Assembly (NCBI RefSeq): GCF_001194135.2
Contig: NC_068994.1
Span: forward strand, 53,616,853 to 53,680,852
Length of the DNA: 64,000 nt
Source of the DNA: Octopus bimaculoides
Lineage: Eukaryota
Direction of reading: 5' to 3'
Shown: positions 52,194 to 64,000 of the stretch, in pieces
Layout: each line of letters opens with the position of its first letter
Numbering within the stretch: the first letter of the stretch is position 1
Notes under the pieces: generated by a model
The model's input: the letters and a program-made list of their open reading frames with translations, nothing else
Told to the model about the DNA's origin: nothing
Database searches by the model: none
Position numbers and translations under genes: made by a program

Positions 52194-55100
52194 GTAGGTC
52201 GAGATTATATTTTTGTTTTGTTGCTTATTTATCTTTAATAAGTAGTTCTCTCAGAAGAGAAAGCCAAATCACTAACGGTTTACGCTGGTAATTTAGTTCA
52301 TTTTACAACGTGGATCTTTTCAGAAAAGATCCTAGAAGATATTTTTTGATTGAACCAATGAAGGAGCTTCTATGGCATCACCAGAAATATCATCTCAATT
52401 TCCAACATATCACCCTCTGAGTCTTAAAAAAAGATGGAGGAAGTACACATTCCGTTATCCTTTTTTCTTTTAATCGAAGCACATTCGTTAACGCGTAATC
52501 TTGCTGAATGCGTTCGTAATTAGAACGTCCTTGACCTCCGGTACTAATCGAAAGTAATCTAACACATTAATCAAAACTGACCCAAAGGAAATAACACGTT
52601 ATAATAATAATAATCCTTTCTACTATAGGCATAAGGCCTGCAATTTTTGGAGAGGGGGCTAGTCATTACATTGATCAGTACTCAACTGGTACTTATTTTA
52701 TTAACTTGGAAAGAATGAACGGCAAAGTCGACCTCGGCAGAATTTGAACTCTGAACGAAGAACGGAAGAAACGTCACTAGGCATTTTACCTGGCACGATA
52801 ACAATTCTGCTTGCTCACAGTCCATCAGGTCATAACAGAGGGGTGCAAAGCGAAAGTTTTAGTAAGTAAGAAAGCAAATTTGTATCCATATAGAAAATGG
52901 CCTTGTTCAATATGAAGAAAAAAGTAAGCAGAAATTCTTTACGCTGTAGTTAATATAATCTGTGGACACAAGAGGTGCAGTGGTATCACAGAGAGATTAA
53001 CAAAGAAAATATACTTTGTATGTGGCAAATGCACAGGAGCAATAGAATTTAAGAGTACAAAGGAAATAGATTTTCTCAAATGCCCAGAAAGATTCCTAGA
53101 CTAGAAGCAGTAACACAAAAAAGTACCCATTACACTTTGTAAACTGGTTGGCATTAGTAAGGGTATCAGCTATAAAAATGATTCCAAAGCAGAACACAAT
53201 CCTCCAAACCATCAGATCTTGTCAAATTTCCAACCAGTGCCAATATGGAAGATGCACATTAAAAGATGTTGATGATGATCTTCAAATCACACCCTGCTGT
53301 CTTTTTTAAAAAAGACTCATTGGATAATGTAGCCTAAGTACACTGTTTGATAAAAGATAGAATGATCAGACTGGAGTGATTCTGATTGTAGGTCTGTTCA
53401 ATCAGAAGCTAAACAGTGATAAACTTATTCTCACTAGTTCTATACTTATCAGATAATTATTTTCTTCCTTTGTAGGGTTTTTTGAAGTGTTTTCGGTGTC
53501 TATATTTCTTGATCCTTCATACACAACTTCTGTGCTAGATGGGATATATAGAAGAGTGTGTATTTCTATGCCCCTTTTCTAAATTCTCCTGGTAGTGCTA
53601 AGCACATTTGTTGGCATCCTTTTGTCTCGAGAGACAATGGTAGTTGTGCATAAAATAATCCAGTCCAGTTTTTACATTTCCTGTCATTTACATCTGCTGT
53701 GGCTGTGTAGTCCTATTCTGGACAAACACTCCCTCTGGCAGGTGACGCAGATGTAGCGAAGACTTTGCCTGGCTGGTTGTATAATGTCATAGTTTCTTGT
53801 TGTTGTCTTTTCTTGTCTTTCCATTTCTCCTGTCCTTTTGTCACTCGTTTGTGTTCCCTCTCCCTCGCCAATCTCCACGGTTGCTGGCAACCGCTTCCCA
53901 GTTGCTAATATTGATGTCACAGGCCTTCATGTCCCTTTTGCAGACATCCTTTTCCCATAAGAACAGTCTTCCAACAGACCTAGTGCCCCTAGCAAGCTCT
54001 CCGTAGAGTATGTCCTTGGGGATTCTGCCATTTTCCATATGACTAACATGTCCAAGCCATCTCATACGTTTTTGTGTGAGGAGTAAAATCATGCTTGGTA
54101 TTCCTGCTTGCTTGAGGAAATCTTTGTTGGGGACATGATCCTGCCATTTGATGCCAAGGATTTTCCGGAGGCAGCACAGGTGAAAGATATTTAGGCGACG
54201 CTCTTGACATGTGTATGGCGTCCAGGTCTCACTGCCATACAGTAGAGTGTTAAGTACACATGCCTGGTAAATCTTCATTCTTGTGGTCTTGGTCAGCTTG
54301 TTGTCCCATGCCCGTTTGGAGAGTTGGGCCATCACAGCAGCTGCTTTGCCAATGCATATATTGAGCTCGGCATCATGGGATAGGTTGTAGGTGACAGTAG
54401 GGCCAAGATAGGTAAACTCCACTTCTTGTAGTCTGTGGTCTCCAATATGTATGTTTGGGATGTCTGATGTAGCCTGACCCATGATGTTGGTCTTCTTGAG
54501 GCTGATAACTAAGCCAGTCTCTACATACTTGCTCAAAGCAGTTGATGAGCCTTTGCAGGGCTTCTTCTGAGTGTGATACCAGAGCAGCATTTACCCTCCA
54601 TAATGTTCAATCCAGCAATGAGATTGCCAAAGTGTGCGGCAGCCAACATAGTCTTCCATTTTTTATTGGTTGACATTACTCCTTTTCAAAGTTGACTTCA
54701 GTTGATCTTTGAGCTTCTCTTTGGTTCTCCAGTCATGTGTTGACCATGGTGTAGTCGATCATAAAGGATTTTTCAAGGGAAGACACGAGCTAGATATAAA
54801 CATTGCATATCTACGAGGGGGTATTCAAAAGTAACGAGAAATGTTTTGTGGGACAAGCCCATTGTAGTTCAGGCTTCAACCACTAGAAGCCACTTGATGT
54901 GACCCTCAGGCATCTGTCTGCCGACCAGTGGCATCATGTGAAGTTGTACTGTCATGTTGTGCTTCCATGAAATTCTGTTTTCTGCTGGGGAAAACAGCAG
55001 CTGAAACAGTTGTCATACTTCAAACAGCTTACAAGGATGTGGCCATGAGCAAAAAACAAGTTTACAAGTGGTTTTCATGCTTTAAGAATGGTTACTTGTT

Positions 55101-58100
55101 GCTTGAAAACCAACCTCGTTCATCTCCTGAATGAATGAAAACATCACGAAAATCCATGACGAACTTGTTGATAAGACTGGTGTGTTCTGTAGCTCCTGCC
55201 AATGAATTTTGAATGAGGAATTGCAAATGCGGATGGATACATGAAAATATTACGTCTTTTATACATGCTTGTCTATATATATGGGAGCAAATATGGGTGC
55301 ATGTAAGAATAAGCATGTATACACAAATGAATGTGTGTGTGTGTGTGTGTGAATGCACAAGCAAATGAGTGCATGAAAAATGTGTATACATGAGGGAATG
55401 TTGGTTCATAACTGGTCTGTATCTTGAATTTGTGTGAACATATATATATGTGTGAGAACATTTAATCCACCCCACCGTACTTCTTGAAAACAGAATGGAT
55501 ACATTAATTAATATAGTCATAGATGTCTGTAAGAAACAGGAAGATTATAGCTAGAATTGTTTTGATAATAGCTCAACTCAATTAGCTTTGATTTAAGATT
55601 AAACATTAACAACACGTCTTCTTTTGCCTTCATTTTCACATTTTTTTCTATAAGTTGGTTTTTCTTTTATACATCACCCAAACGCTTATATCTCTTCAAA
55701 TTACATAATTAAATTTCTATCATCTATCTATCAAGTACAACCTCATCTCTGCCTTTTCTACAGATGATCTACAAAAATATGTACAAAACCGAAATTTTTC
55801 TGAACTTGAGAAACTGGTTACTTCTAGGTAAAGAACAAAGTTTTATTTATTTATTGTTTTCACTTTCATTGTTATTATTTTACTGCATAAAGGAAGTGTA
55901 TAGGATGGTTAAAGCAGGAATGCCTTTGATGATAGGGCTTTTTGATTAAAACTCAACAGTGGCTAAAGAATACCAACAGCTCCTGAGAATGAAAAAGTCA
56001 GGTATCTGAGTTGATGGTCAAAGGTGGTCAGGTAAATTTGGAGTAATTCTTGTGCAGCTCAGCTACAAACTCTGCAATTTGAGGTATGATTGTTGTACTG
56101 TCATTGTTCTGTATGGTGGTATCTGGATTACAATAATCTTTTCTGAGTGTATTATTTTGTTCATATAATGGAAGCCTTCTATTGTACATACAATTTATTA
56201 TAGTGGATATAGCTTGTTACAGCTACATTGATTTATCACCTAGTAGAGAATATAAGTAAAATCATTGTTAAATGTTATCCTGCAGTTTTGTTAATAATGA
56301 AATGAATTTATAATTTTCTTACATTAATGGATCTGAGCAGATGAATGGGCAGTTATACCAGTTTATTGACCCAAAAAACATGTCTGTTGATGAAGCAGAT
56401 GCACTAGCTGATTGGTCTAAATTGTGATGCTGTAGCCAGGTCTGTTGATACCAGCCTGTCTCATGATAGATGGTTCTTGACAAAAGCAAACTATCAATTT
56501 GTGGATCAATATTTGAGCTATTATATGGTATAATAACATTCTTGTTGTTATACCATATGTATACTAACAAGAGATATTTGTTATAACCAAACTCCCTACC
56601 TTATTGTCTTTAATATTTGAGACCACATTTTGTTTTTAAGTTCTGAAATTTTATAATTCTTGTAAAATTGACCAAATGCTTTGTTTAGAATGCATGAGAA
56701 GTGGGCAGAAATTTATTACTTTTCCTTTTAACATTATGAACCTTGAATTAAATACCAGCCTTTAAGAATCATCCTAAGGGGCTATTGGGAAAATATATTT
56801 CTATGAACCAAGTTAAAAATCATTGATTCTTTGTAAATGAATGATAAGGATTATGAGGATGTTGAACAGTGATGGTGATGAAGGTGCATTCAAAAAGCAT
56901 CTAACTATTTTCCTGTCAAAACACAGACAAAATCTTTTGGGTGGAAGCTGTTACCACCCTTCCTGAGCATGCATGAAAATTTCACACCAGTAAGCTGTGT
57001 CAGTTCCTGGCTGTTGTGCCTAGAGTACAGACATGTAATGTACATTTGTCAGATTTTTGTTTTCACACAGGATGACCAAATGCATTGAGCAGAGATATTG
57101 CATCACGTTTTGCCAAAGGCTTGGTGATATTCAAACTCAAAGCATCCAGAAGATTCAGCAGGCCTTTGGCAATGATGCTATGAGCAAAACGAAGATCAAG
57201 GAGTAATACAACTGCTTCAAACATGGCCACACCTAAGTTGAGAGTGATGTATGCTCAGGCAGGTCATCCATGAGATGAAATGAGGAGCTGATTGAGAAGA
57301 TTTGGCAAATAGTCATGGAAGACCATTGTGTAACAATCAAGTTGGTCACAAAGTAGGAATAGGCACAGGATCAGTGCATTCCATTTTAATGGAGGATCAG
57401 TGCATGTGGAGAGTATTGGCAAAATTTGTCCCCAAAGTGCTAGCAGAGCAGCAGAAGCAACTCCACATAGAAATCGTTCAGGACATGCTGGACTGTGCAA
57501 ACCATGACTCAGACTTCATGAAGACCATCATCACTGGTGATGAGACATGTGTTTATGATTTCTGTTCAATGCATTTGGTCAACTTGTATGAATACAAAAA
57601 ATCCAATGAGTGCACACTGCATATCTGTACTCTAGGCATAAAAGCTGGGAACTGATACAACCTATGGGTGTGAAAATTTTCCCACATGCATAGAAAGGGT
57701 GGCATTACTCTTCCACCCAAAGGATTTTGCTGGTGCAGCATTAGTTTTAGCAGGAAAGAAATAAAATTAGATACTTTTTGAACATACCTTGTATAATGAT
57801 CATCATAATGTAGGCAATGATGAATAATGACAACAATAGTGATGATTTAAAAAAGAGCAATGAAATATGATGATAACGATGACCATGATAATAAATAATA
57901 AGAATTATCAATCATGAAGTTGTTGGTTATGTATTATAACAATTTTCCATAATGTGTTACAGAAAGGTCTTAGTTGATATGCCACTTGATCAAGGTCTAA
58001 CTGCATTAATGATTGCAACAAAACGGAATGATATTGAGTAAGTACTCACAATATATATATATACATACACACACAAATATTACCTCTTTTCATGAGACAC

Positions 58101-59913
58101 AAAAAAACCTGTTCACTTTTTAAAGAATTGATTTTAGTTGATGAATACTGTTGCTGGTCATCTTAGAATTTCTTTTCATGGAGAAGAGTGGTGGATGACA
58201 ATAGGTAGAGCAACAAATTAAATACCTGGATGGCCAGATAAAATACTTCATGGCATTCCTCCAACTTTACATTCTGATTTCAAGTGCCACTGAGGTTGAC
58301 TTTACCTTTCTTCCTCTTGCAGTCAATAAATTAAGTACCAGCTGAGCACTGGGTTTAATGTAATTGACTAGCCCCCCTCCCCTCAAGTTGCTGGCTTTGT
58401 GCAAAAAATTAAAAAGAATTATTTATTTATGTCTTTTTGTATTGTGTTGAAATCCTATTGTAGAAGTCTTTATCATTCATCTGTCCAAGGTAAATATAAT
58501 TTATGGATTTGTGCCTCTATTAGAAATTAATATTTAGTCAGAGTAAAGCAGTGCCCATAACCCTTGCTAGTCCTCCTTGACTGTGATCTAGAATGTTTGT
58601 GTGCAATAAATGTAGTCCTAAATATATTTGTGAGCAGTACTATAACGTAGAGAATAGCTGAATTTTGTAGAAACTTAGAATCATAAAGACTGTCCCACTA
58701 GCCCTGGTACTTAGCAGGTACATATTTTATCCACCCTGGAATACTTGAAAAATGGAATAGTCTTGCAAGCTTGAACAGAGAGTATAAAAGAATTTCTCTA
58801 AATGTAGTACGTATTATTTAATCAGCTTCATGTACTGAGTTTGCAATTCACTGTCCTTTGGTATTTGTTTTATGTTGCTACAGCAACTATACATATCGTG
58901 AAATATTTCCCTACATATTTCAGGATTATGGAATTACTGTTGTCCTTGAAAGCATCTGTCACTGCTAAAGATGAGTCAGGAAAAACAGCGTGAGTATTTA
59001 AAATCTAGTTTTATTTATTCAACAATAACAAGGGAAGAAGGACAATGATTGGATGACTGCATTTTGTGTCTTGACTTATTAATGGCTAGCTATTTTCTTT
59101 CACTAGATTTTCTCATCTCTGTGGTAAAATGCTAAATCAGAATAAGGCAATATTATTTTCCAAAGGTGCAAGGTAGAATAACATAAAGCATTTGTTTTCC
59201 ATGACTCTGTGTGTATGTGTTTTCATATCTCATATATATATATATTTAAGTACTATAACAGAAACTAAAACTTGACTAAAATTTTGTACACAAAATTAAA
59301 CTTGAATTAAAATTTCAAATTAAATAAAATTCAAGTGATTCTATCACTGAGAAAAATCATTTTAAAACTGAAATTAAAATTCAAACTTAGGCTAAAATTT
59401 ATTGTGTTTTAAAAAAATACAAATGGAAATTTGAATTTCAAATTGAAATAAAAAAAAAGTTTTCAATTTAAAATTTGAATCTTTTTTCCACTCCATCTTA
59501 CCCTCTCAGTACAGTTTTTTTTAATATTTCAGCTTTATTAATTTAAAATTATAAATAAAAAATGATAAAAATTTATATGCTAAAAAATTTTTTTTCCTAT
59601 TTTTTGTGGGGCTGCTACCTCAGTTTAATGCATGCTTGCATCTGTGGCAATCTGCAAGCTGCAAAGATCCTACATAAAAATGGTGCACCTTTTGAAGATT
59701 TTGATTTTGGTGGATCTAGTCCACTACATCATGCTGTTGACAGTGGCAGCTGCGAGATCATATCATGGATGATAAGGGTTGGAGCAGATGCGGACATTCG
59801 AGACAAAAATGCTGCTTGGACTCCACTGATGCGATGTGGTAAGTTTTAAGTGTAGTTTGATTCTTTTTATTCTTTTAAAAGTAATTGTAAAGCATGTGGG
59901 GATAGGTTGTTCA

Positions 59914-59949
<36 letters not shown>

Positions 59950-62878
59950 CATGAATGTGTGTGCAAGTGTTCTAACCTCACTGAAGATTTAAAGTTCTTA
60001 CTGAAACATTCCACTAGCGTTCCTTATTTTTCAAGAGTGAATATGTTCTATATCTATTGGACCACAAGTATTTTTGGCCAGGGTAATTTTTCCAACCAAG
60101 AAAGGACTTACAGCACATCAGTAGCACCATTCCAAATTTAGGAGTTGTACTCCATTGTGAATCTTGTGCTTTGCAGAGAGTCAGCAGCTTATCAGAACAA
60201 GTATTTTCTGGAACTGAAGAGCAAGTCTTGACTTTAAAATGCAGTTGTAACTATGTTATGTGTGTATGGTTGTCAAGAAAGATCATCAGAGGTTTTGAGG
60301 CTTTGTATTTGTAGCAACTTTAAGGATTTTAATTGCCTGTTGTACAAGACTTGAAAGGGTGACGTACAAAATTGTATGCTAGAGATGTGCAGTGATTGTG
60401 TTTTAGTGTTGTTGAAAGAGACAAGATTTTTATATCCCTATTGAAATATTTGCACCCATCAACGTCTTTGAGTAGGAAAACTGAATATATTAACTGAGTT
60501 TCTATTAAGGAATTCATATGTATGGATTGACATGATGTATTCAGTGTTTTGTGTTTTCTTTTTCTTTTTTCCTCAGCTTCTCTTTCTGGTAACAAATCAG
60601 TTGCTAAGACATTGATCTTCAATGGAGCTAATATTGATCTCAAAGACAATGATGGAAAAACCTGTTTAATAATTGCAGTCATGAATGATCATGAACAATT
60701 AGTAGAATTTCTCTTGGAGAACAACGTCAACATCAAAATATTAAATACGGTTAGCAGATTACTGTCTCCTTGATTATTCATTGTAGATCATCATCACTGA
60801 CATTGTTGATCAATTTTACTAGTCAGACAAAAGTGAACCAAGAATTTTTATGTGCATTGTTTTAGGTTTAGCAAGGGAAAGTGATGTGCCTGTGGACCTG
60901 GTAATATTATAATCTGGTTTCAAACGAGTCGTGATTAAGAGCGCCAAGAAATACAAAGACAGGTTAAAATTGACAGCCAAACTGGTACAATATGAATAAT
61001 ACTGTTAGTAAAAATACATTGGTTCCTCGTGCAGTTTGTACATGATGATGTGCGCAGGAAAAGAACAAAGTATGTTAAAGTCTTCTGCTGACAATTCTCT
61101 CTCCTCTGTGGATAGCTTAGAGGAAATTATTTATAGTGGTAGGTTGACTCAAAACACACAATGCTTTTCTGGTCCGGCAAGTAGTCTGATTGGATAACTT
61201 AAAGCATCCAATCGGCACAAATGGGTTTGGTCATGTGACCACTTGCATAAAACAAGTGTAGAAACTGTTATGAGCCTATTTAAGCTTAAGCAAACCAAAT
61301 TGTGAATATATACTTGCTACAAAGGGTAAACAAAACGGCTGTTGAAATTTTCAATTAAACTTGTGATCACCAGGATCAGCCCATACTGTTATGATAATAA
61401 TAGTGATGATGATTTCCAAGATAGGTACAAGGAGAGTAATAATTTCATTCAACTTCCTTATATGGCAAATACTTTTCTTTCCTTTTTTTTTTAATGAATA
61501 AAAATAATAAAATCAATCCTGGCAAGAATTGAACTTGAAAAGAACATAGCTAAATACTACAAGCCATTTTGTCAGGTGTTCTGCCACTCACTGTCTCACA
61601 AATAATTGATGCTGGTTCAAGCCAGTAAAAAAATAAGTTATTATTAATAGTTTTGTAAAATAGTGTTGTGTTATGAACTGAGTTTATTAGTTTTGATGCC
61701 TTCATAGATTTAGTCATGCTAAAAAAAAGTACCAGTCAAGTATTGGAGTCAATATAATTGATTGTGCCTTCATTCCTGAAATGTGTGGCCTTATGCTTAT
61801 GTTAGAAATTGTTATTGTGATTCAAGACAGGAGAGGGTATGAGGGAAGAAATGAATCAACTGGCTTTCTTGAATAAACATTTCTCAGTATTTAGTTTTGT
61901 CTCTCAATGTTCCAGTTCTAGACCTCATGGCATTAACTTTCCCAATGATCCTTTGGGTCTTAAAATATATACTAAAATTAAACTGGAACCTTGTGGCTCT
62001 GTGTTCAATAAAATAAATATATTGGAGTTGATCCAGTTGATACATTCTCCTATCCCCTACCATAAATAGCTGTGTTACTTAGAAATTAATATCAATGTAT
62101 GAACAACCATTTACACTTGCTTCATTTTTTTTCTCTTTCTCTCTCTATCCTTTACAGAGTGGTCGAACAGCATATGAAATAGCAGTTTCCCTTAAAAAAA
62201 CCGTGAGTAGATTTATTGTTCAAGTTAACTTTTGAAAGCTGTATGGTTTATCAGTTTCCTCTTCCTCCTTATTCTTCTTCACTATTTCTTTCTTTCTTCT
62301 GGTTTTAGGTCAGCCCTGATTCAGTATCTCTATAGCTCAGCGAATTTTGAGAGAATAACTGTGTGATCCGTAGATGGAAAATGTTTTGGATGTGTTAACT
62401 GTTTTCATCATTTAACTTGCATTCCAACCATGATTATACCATCTTTTTCTCGGGCACAATATGAACAAATAAAAAACAAAACAGTATCCATTAATATAAC
62501 CTTCTTTCTAAAGTTAGAAATGACTAGAATATTCATCTGTGACCACAATATCCATTACTCAATGTATCTAGGATTCTATTATCCTATTATTCATTTTTAA
62601 GATTTGAATTGATCCCTAATTTCAGCCATTCCATAGATTTTGTTGTTTAACCATAGTCAGCCTGAAACAGCAGATCCATGGTGAAAAGTATTTTGGTTAT
62701 AAACCATCCTTTTTTTTTGTCTGTTGTAGACTACTACTAGTTTCCTCTAATCCTGGTTTTTATTATAGGTTGGTTATAAGTTTGTTTTTTTGTTGAAGCC
62801 ATTTTTCTTTTCATTTGTCAGGCAATAATAAAGATCTTGGATAAATATATGAAAAGTAGAAAGAATAACATTCCTTAG
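52184..62878 (+). CDS. FANK1: FANK1-like paralog D lacking the FN3 domain, 234 aa; join(52184-52193,55764-55827,57963-58037,58924-58989,59624-59838,60577-60749,62158-62202,62822-62878)
   Basis: 705 nt open frame MSANDLQKYVQNRNFSELEKLVTSRKVLVDMPLDQGLTALMIAT...MKSRKNNIP*. Ankyrin exons match B/C in size (75,66,215,173,45,57); exon 4 is 18 nt shorter; no FN3 exon homolog seen between 52194 and 55763. Confidence 0.85.
53680..54590 (-). mobile_element. RTE-BovB-like LINE, 3' part of ORF2
   Basis: GLVISLKKT, FTYLG, TLLYGSETW, MRWLGHV, RIPKDILYGEL and terminal CVTCQRECLSRIGLHSHSR zinc finger. Confidence 0.85.
54810..55190 (+). mobile_element. Mariner 5' fragment
   Basis: TACGAGGG TIR start; MKFCFLLGKTAAET...QVYKWFSCFKNG...ENQPRS. 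Confidence 0.75.
56878..57560 (+). mobile_element. Decayed mariner transposase, N-terminal half
   Basis: EQRYCI.FC...; AKFVPKVL; FMKTIITGDET.VY (first catalytic D motif). Confidence 0.8.
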
Positions 62879-63079
62879 GAGGAGACCAGAAATGTTAGTG
62901 TTGCATAACTTATGGAATTTAGGTATGTGTCTCTTTGCATCTTCTCAGATGTTTACAGTTTATTTTCTTCTTTATATCATCATGGCATGCACACACATGC
63001 TCCTTCATGCACATATATTAGGCAGCTACTTACTATAGTTAAGCACAAACTAGAAGTGGCTTTAGTGCGATGCTGATGT

Positions 63080-63680
63080 ACAAAAAGTACTTCCTCCCCA
63101 CACCATAGAAGAACCAGGAGGAGGAAGATAATCTGGTTTAACCCATCATTCAGCATGAATGTACTTGCTAATAAAACCAAGAACTTACTAACTATTGTAG
63201 GGCAATATTTCCTACTGGTAAACAAATGCAACAAACTCTTGAACATCAATAACTTGATAACTTTAACCTTGATTACCCACCAAAACTACTAAAAACATTG
63301 ACCCAGACAGCCAACTTGTAACTTGAGAAATTCCCCTTTCTAAAGCAGTGATATACAGCACATTTATGATACCCACAGATAATTGAAAGGAATCACACAG
63401 TACTCACTGTGAAAACATTCAAAATCTGTTATTACCAGCATTTATGCATTAAGATCAAGAGATAGGAAAATTCCATATCCTTGCTCTAATTTATCTGGAA
63501 ACTCAAGGACCATGAATTGGAATGTATTTCATTAACACAGAGTATCTTTAACAAAACCTCTCCATTCTTTAGTGGATTCTCAAACTGAAGATTGTGCTTA
63601 TCTGAAATCTTCCAGATATTAAAACAACCAACAATGTAACTTAACTGGAGATCAGAAATATTATTTAGCTGTGGCCACCA
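63080..63680 (+). mobile_element. Decayed Penelope-like element, RT C-terminus to GIY-YIG region
   Basis: RRRKIIWFNPSFS.NV motif, followed by degenerate Cys-rich linker, IWKLKD-like and CLSE-like segments. Confidence 0.65.
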
Positions 63681-63771
63681 GAAAAAATTCCCCCTGGATA
63701 GCTCCCTACTGATTCAAACTCATGGTCAACAAGCTTGAGTTAGTAGGGAGGAATGAGTAAGCATGCATAAA

Positions 63772-64000
63772 AAATTTACATGGCCCAACTAATTAGGGAG
63801 CGAATCAATTTAGATGAGATGCAGTTTGGGTTCGTGCCAGGTAAAAGCACTACTGATGCCTTATTTCTAGTGAGACAGTTGCAGGAGAAATACCTAGCTA
63901 AGGATAAACCTCTGTACCTGGCTTTCGTTGACATGGAGAAAGCCTTTGACAGGGTCCCCCGATCCCTTATCTGGTGGTCAATGAGGAAACTTGGGATAGA
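63772..64000 (+). mobile_element. RTE RT fragment, open frame, continues past the window end
   Basis: EMQFGFVPGKSTTDALFLVRQLQEKYLAKDKPLYLAFVDMEKAFDRVPR. Confidence 0.9.

Noticed and set aside
55764-55949. ORF MIYKNMYKTE... starting at the first base of D exon 4
   Set aside because: Wrong frame; splicing to exon 5 hits a stop after three codons. The alternative frame is the one homologous to B and C.
56319-56570. 83-aa minus-strand ORF
   Set aside because: No recognisable domain or splice support.

Overview
AT-rich, repeat-dense animal genomic DNA with two N-gaps (10164-10627, 39034-39988). The SINE and RTE repeat families resemble those I recall from Octopus; the species call is inference. 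The window holds a head-to-tail tandem array of at least four diverged FANK1-like genes (fibronectin type III + ankyrin repeats), all on the + strand, reconstructed by hand from GT-AG junctions and phase matching. Copy A has only its last three coding exons plus a 3'UTR exon in the window. Copy B is complete (10 coding exons, 344 aa). Copy C is complete, but its exon-1 ATG reads ATT and it uses a new ATG in exon 2 (339 aa); it ends in a CC motif. Copy D has lost both FN3 exons, giving an intact 234-aa ankyrin-only ORF. Amino-acid divergence is concentrated in exons 4-5 and the C-terminal tail. All copies keep an intron donor 37-45 nt after the stop codon, and B, C and D share a conserved upstream block. 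Introns and spacers carry decayed TEs (RTE, Tx1/L1-like, R4-like, CR1-like, CRE-like, Penelope-like, Tc1/mariner, Helitron, SINEs). They also carry an LTR with a tRNA-Trp primer-binding site, a 260-bp inverted-repeat element and a kB/STAT/ETS-motif minisatellite.
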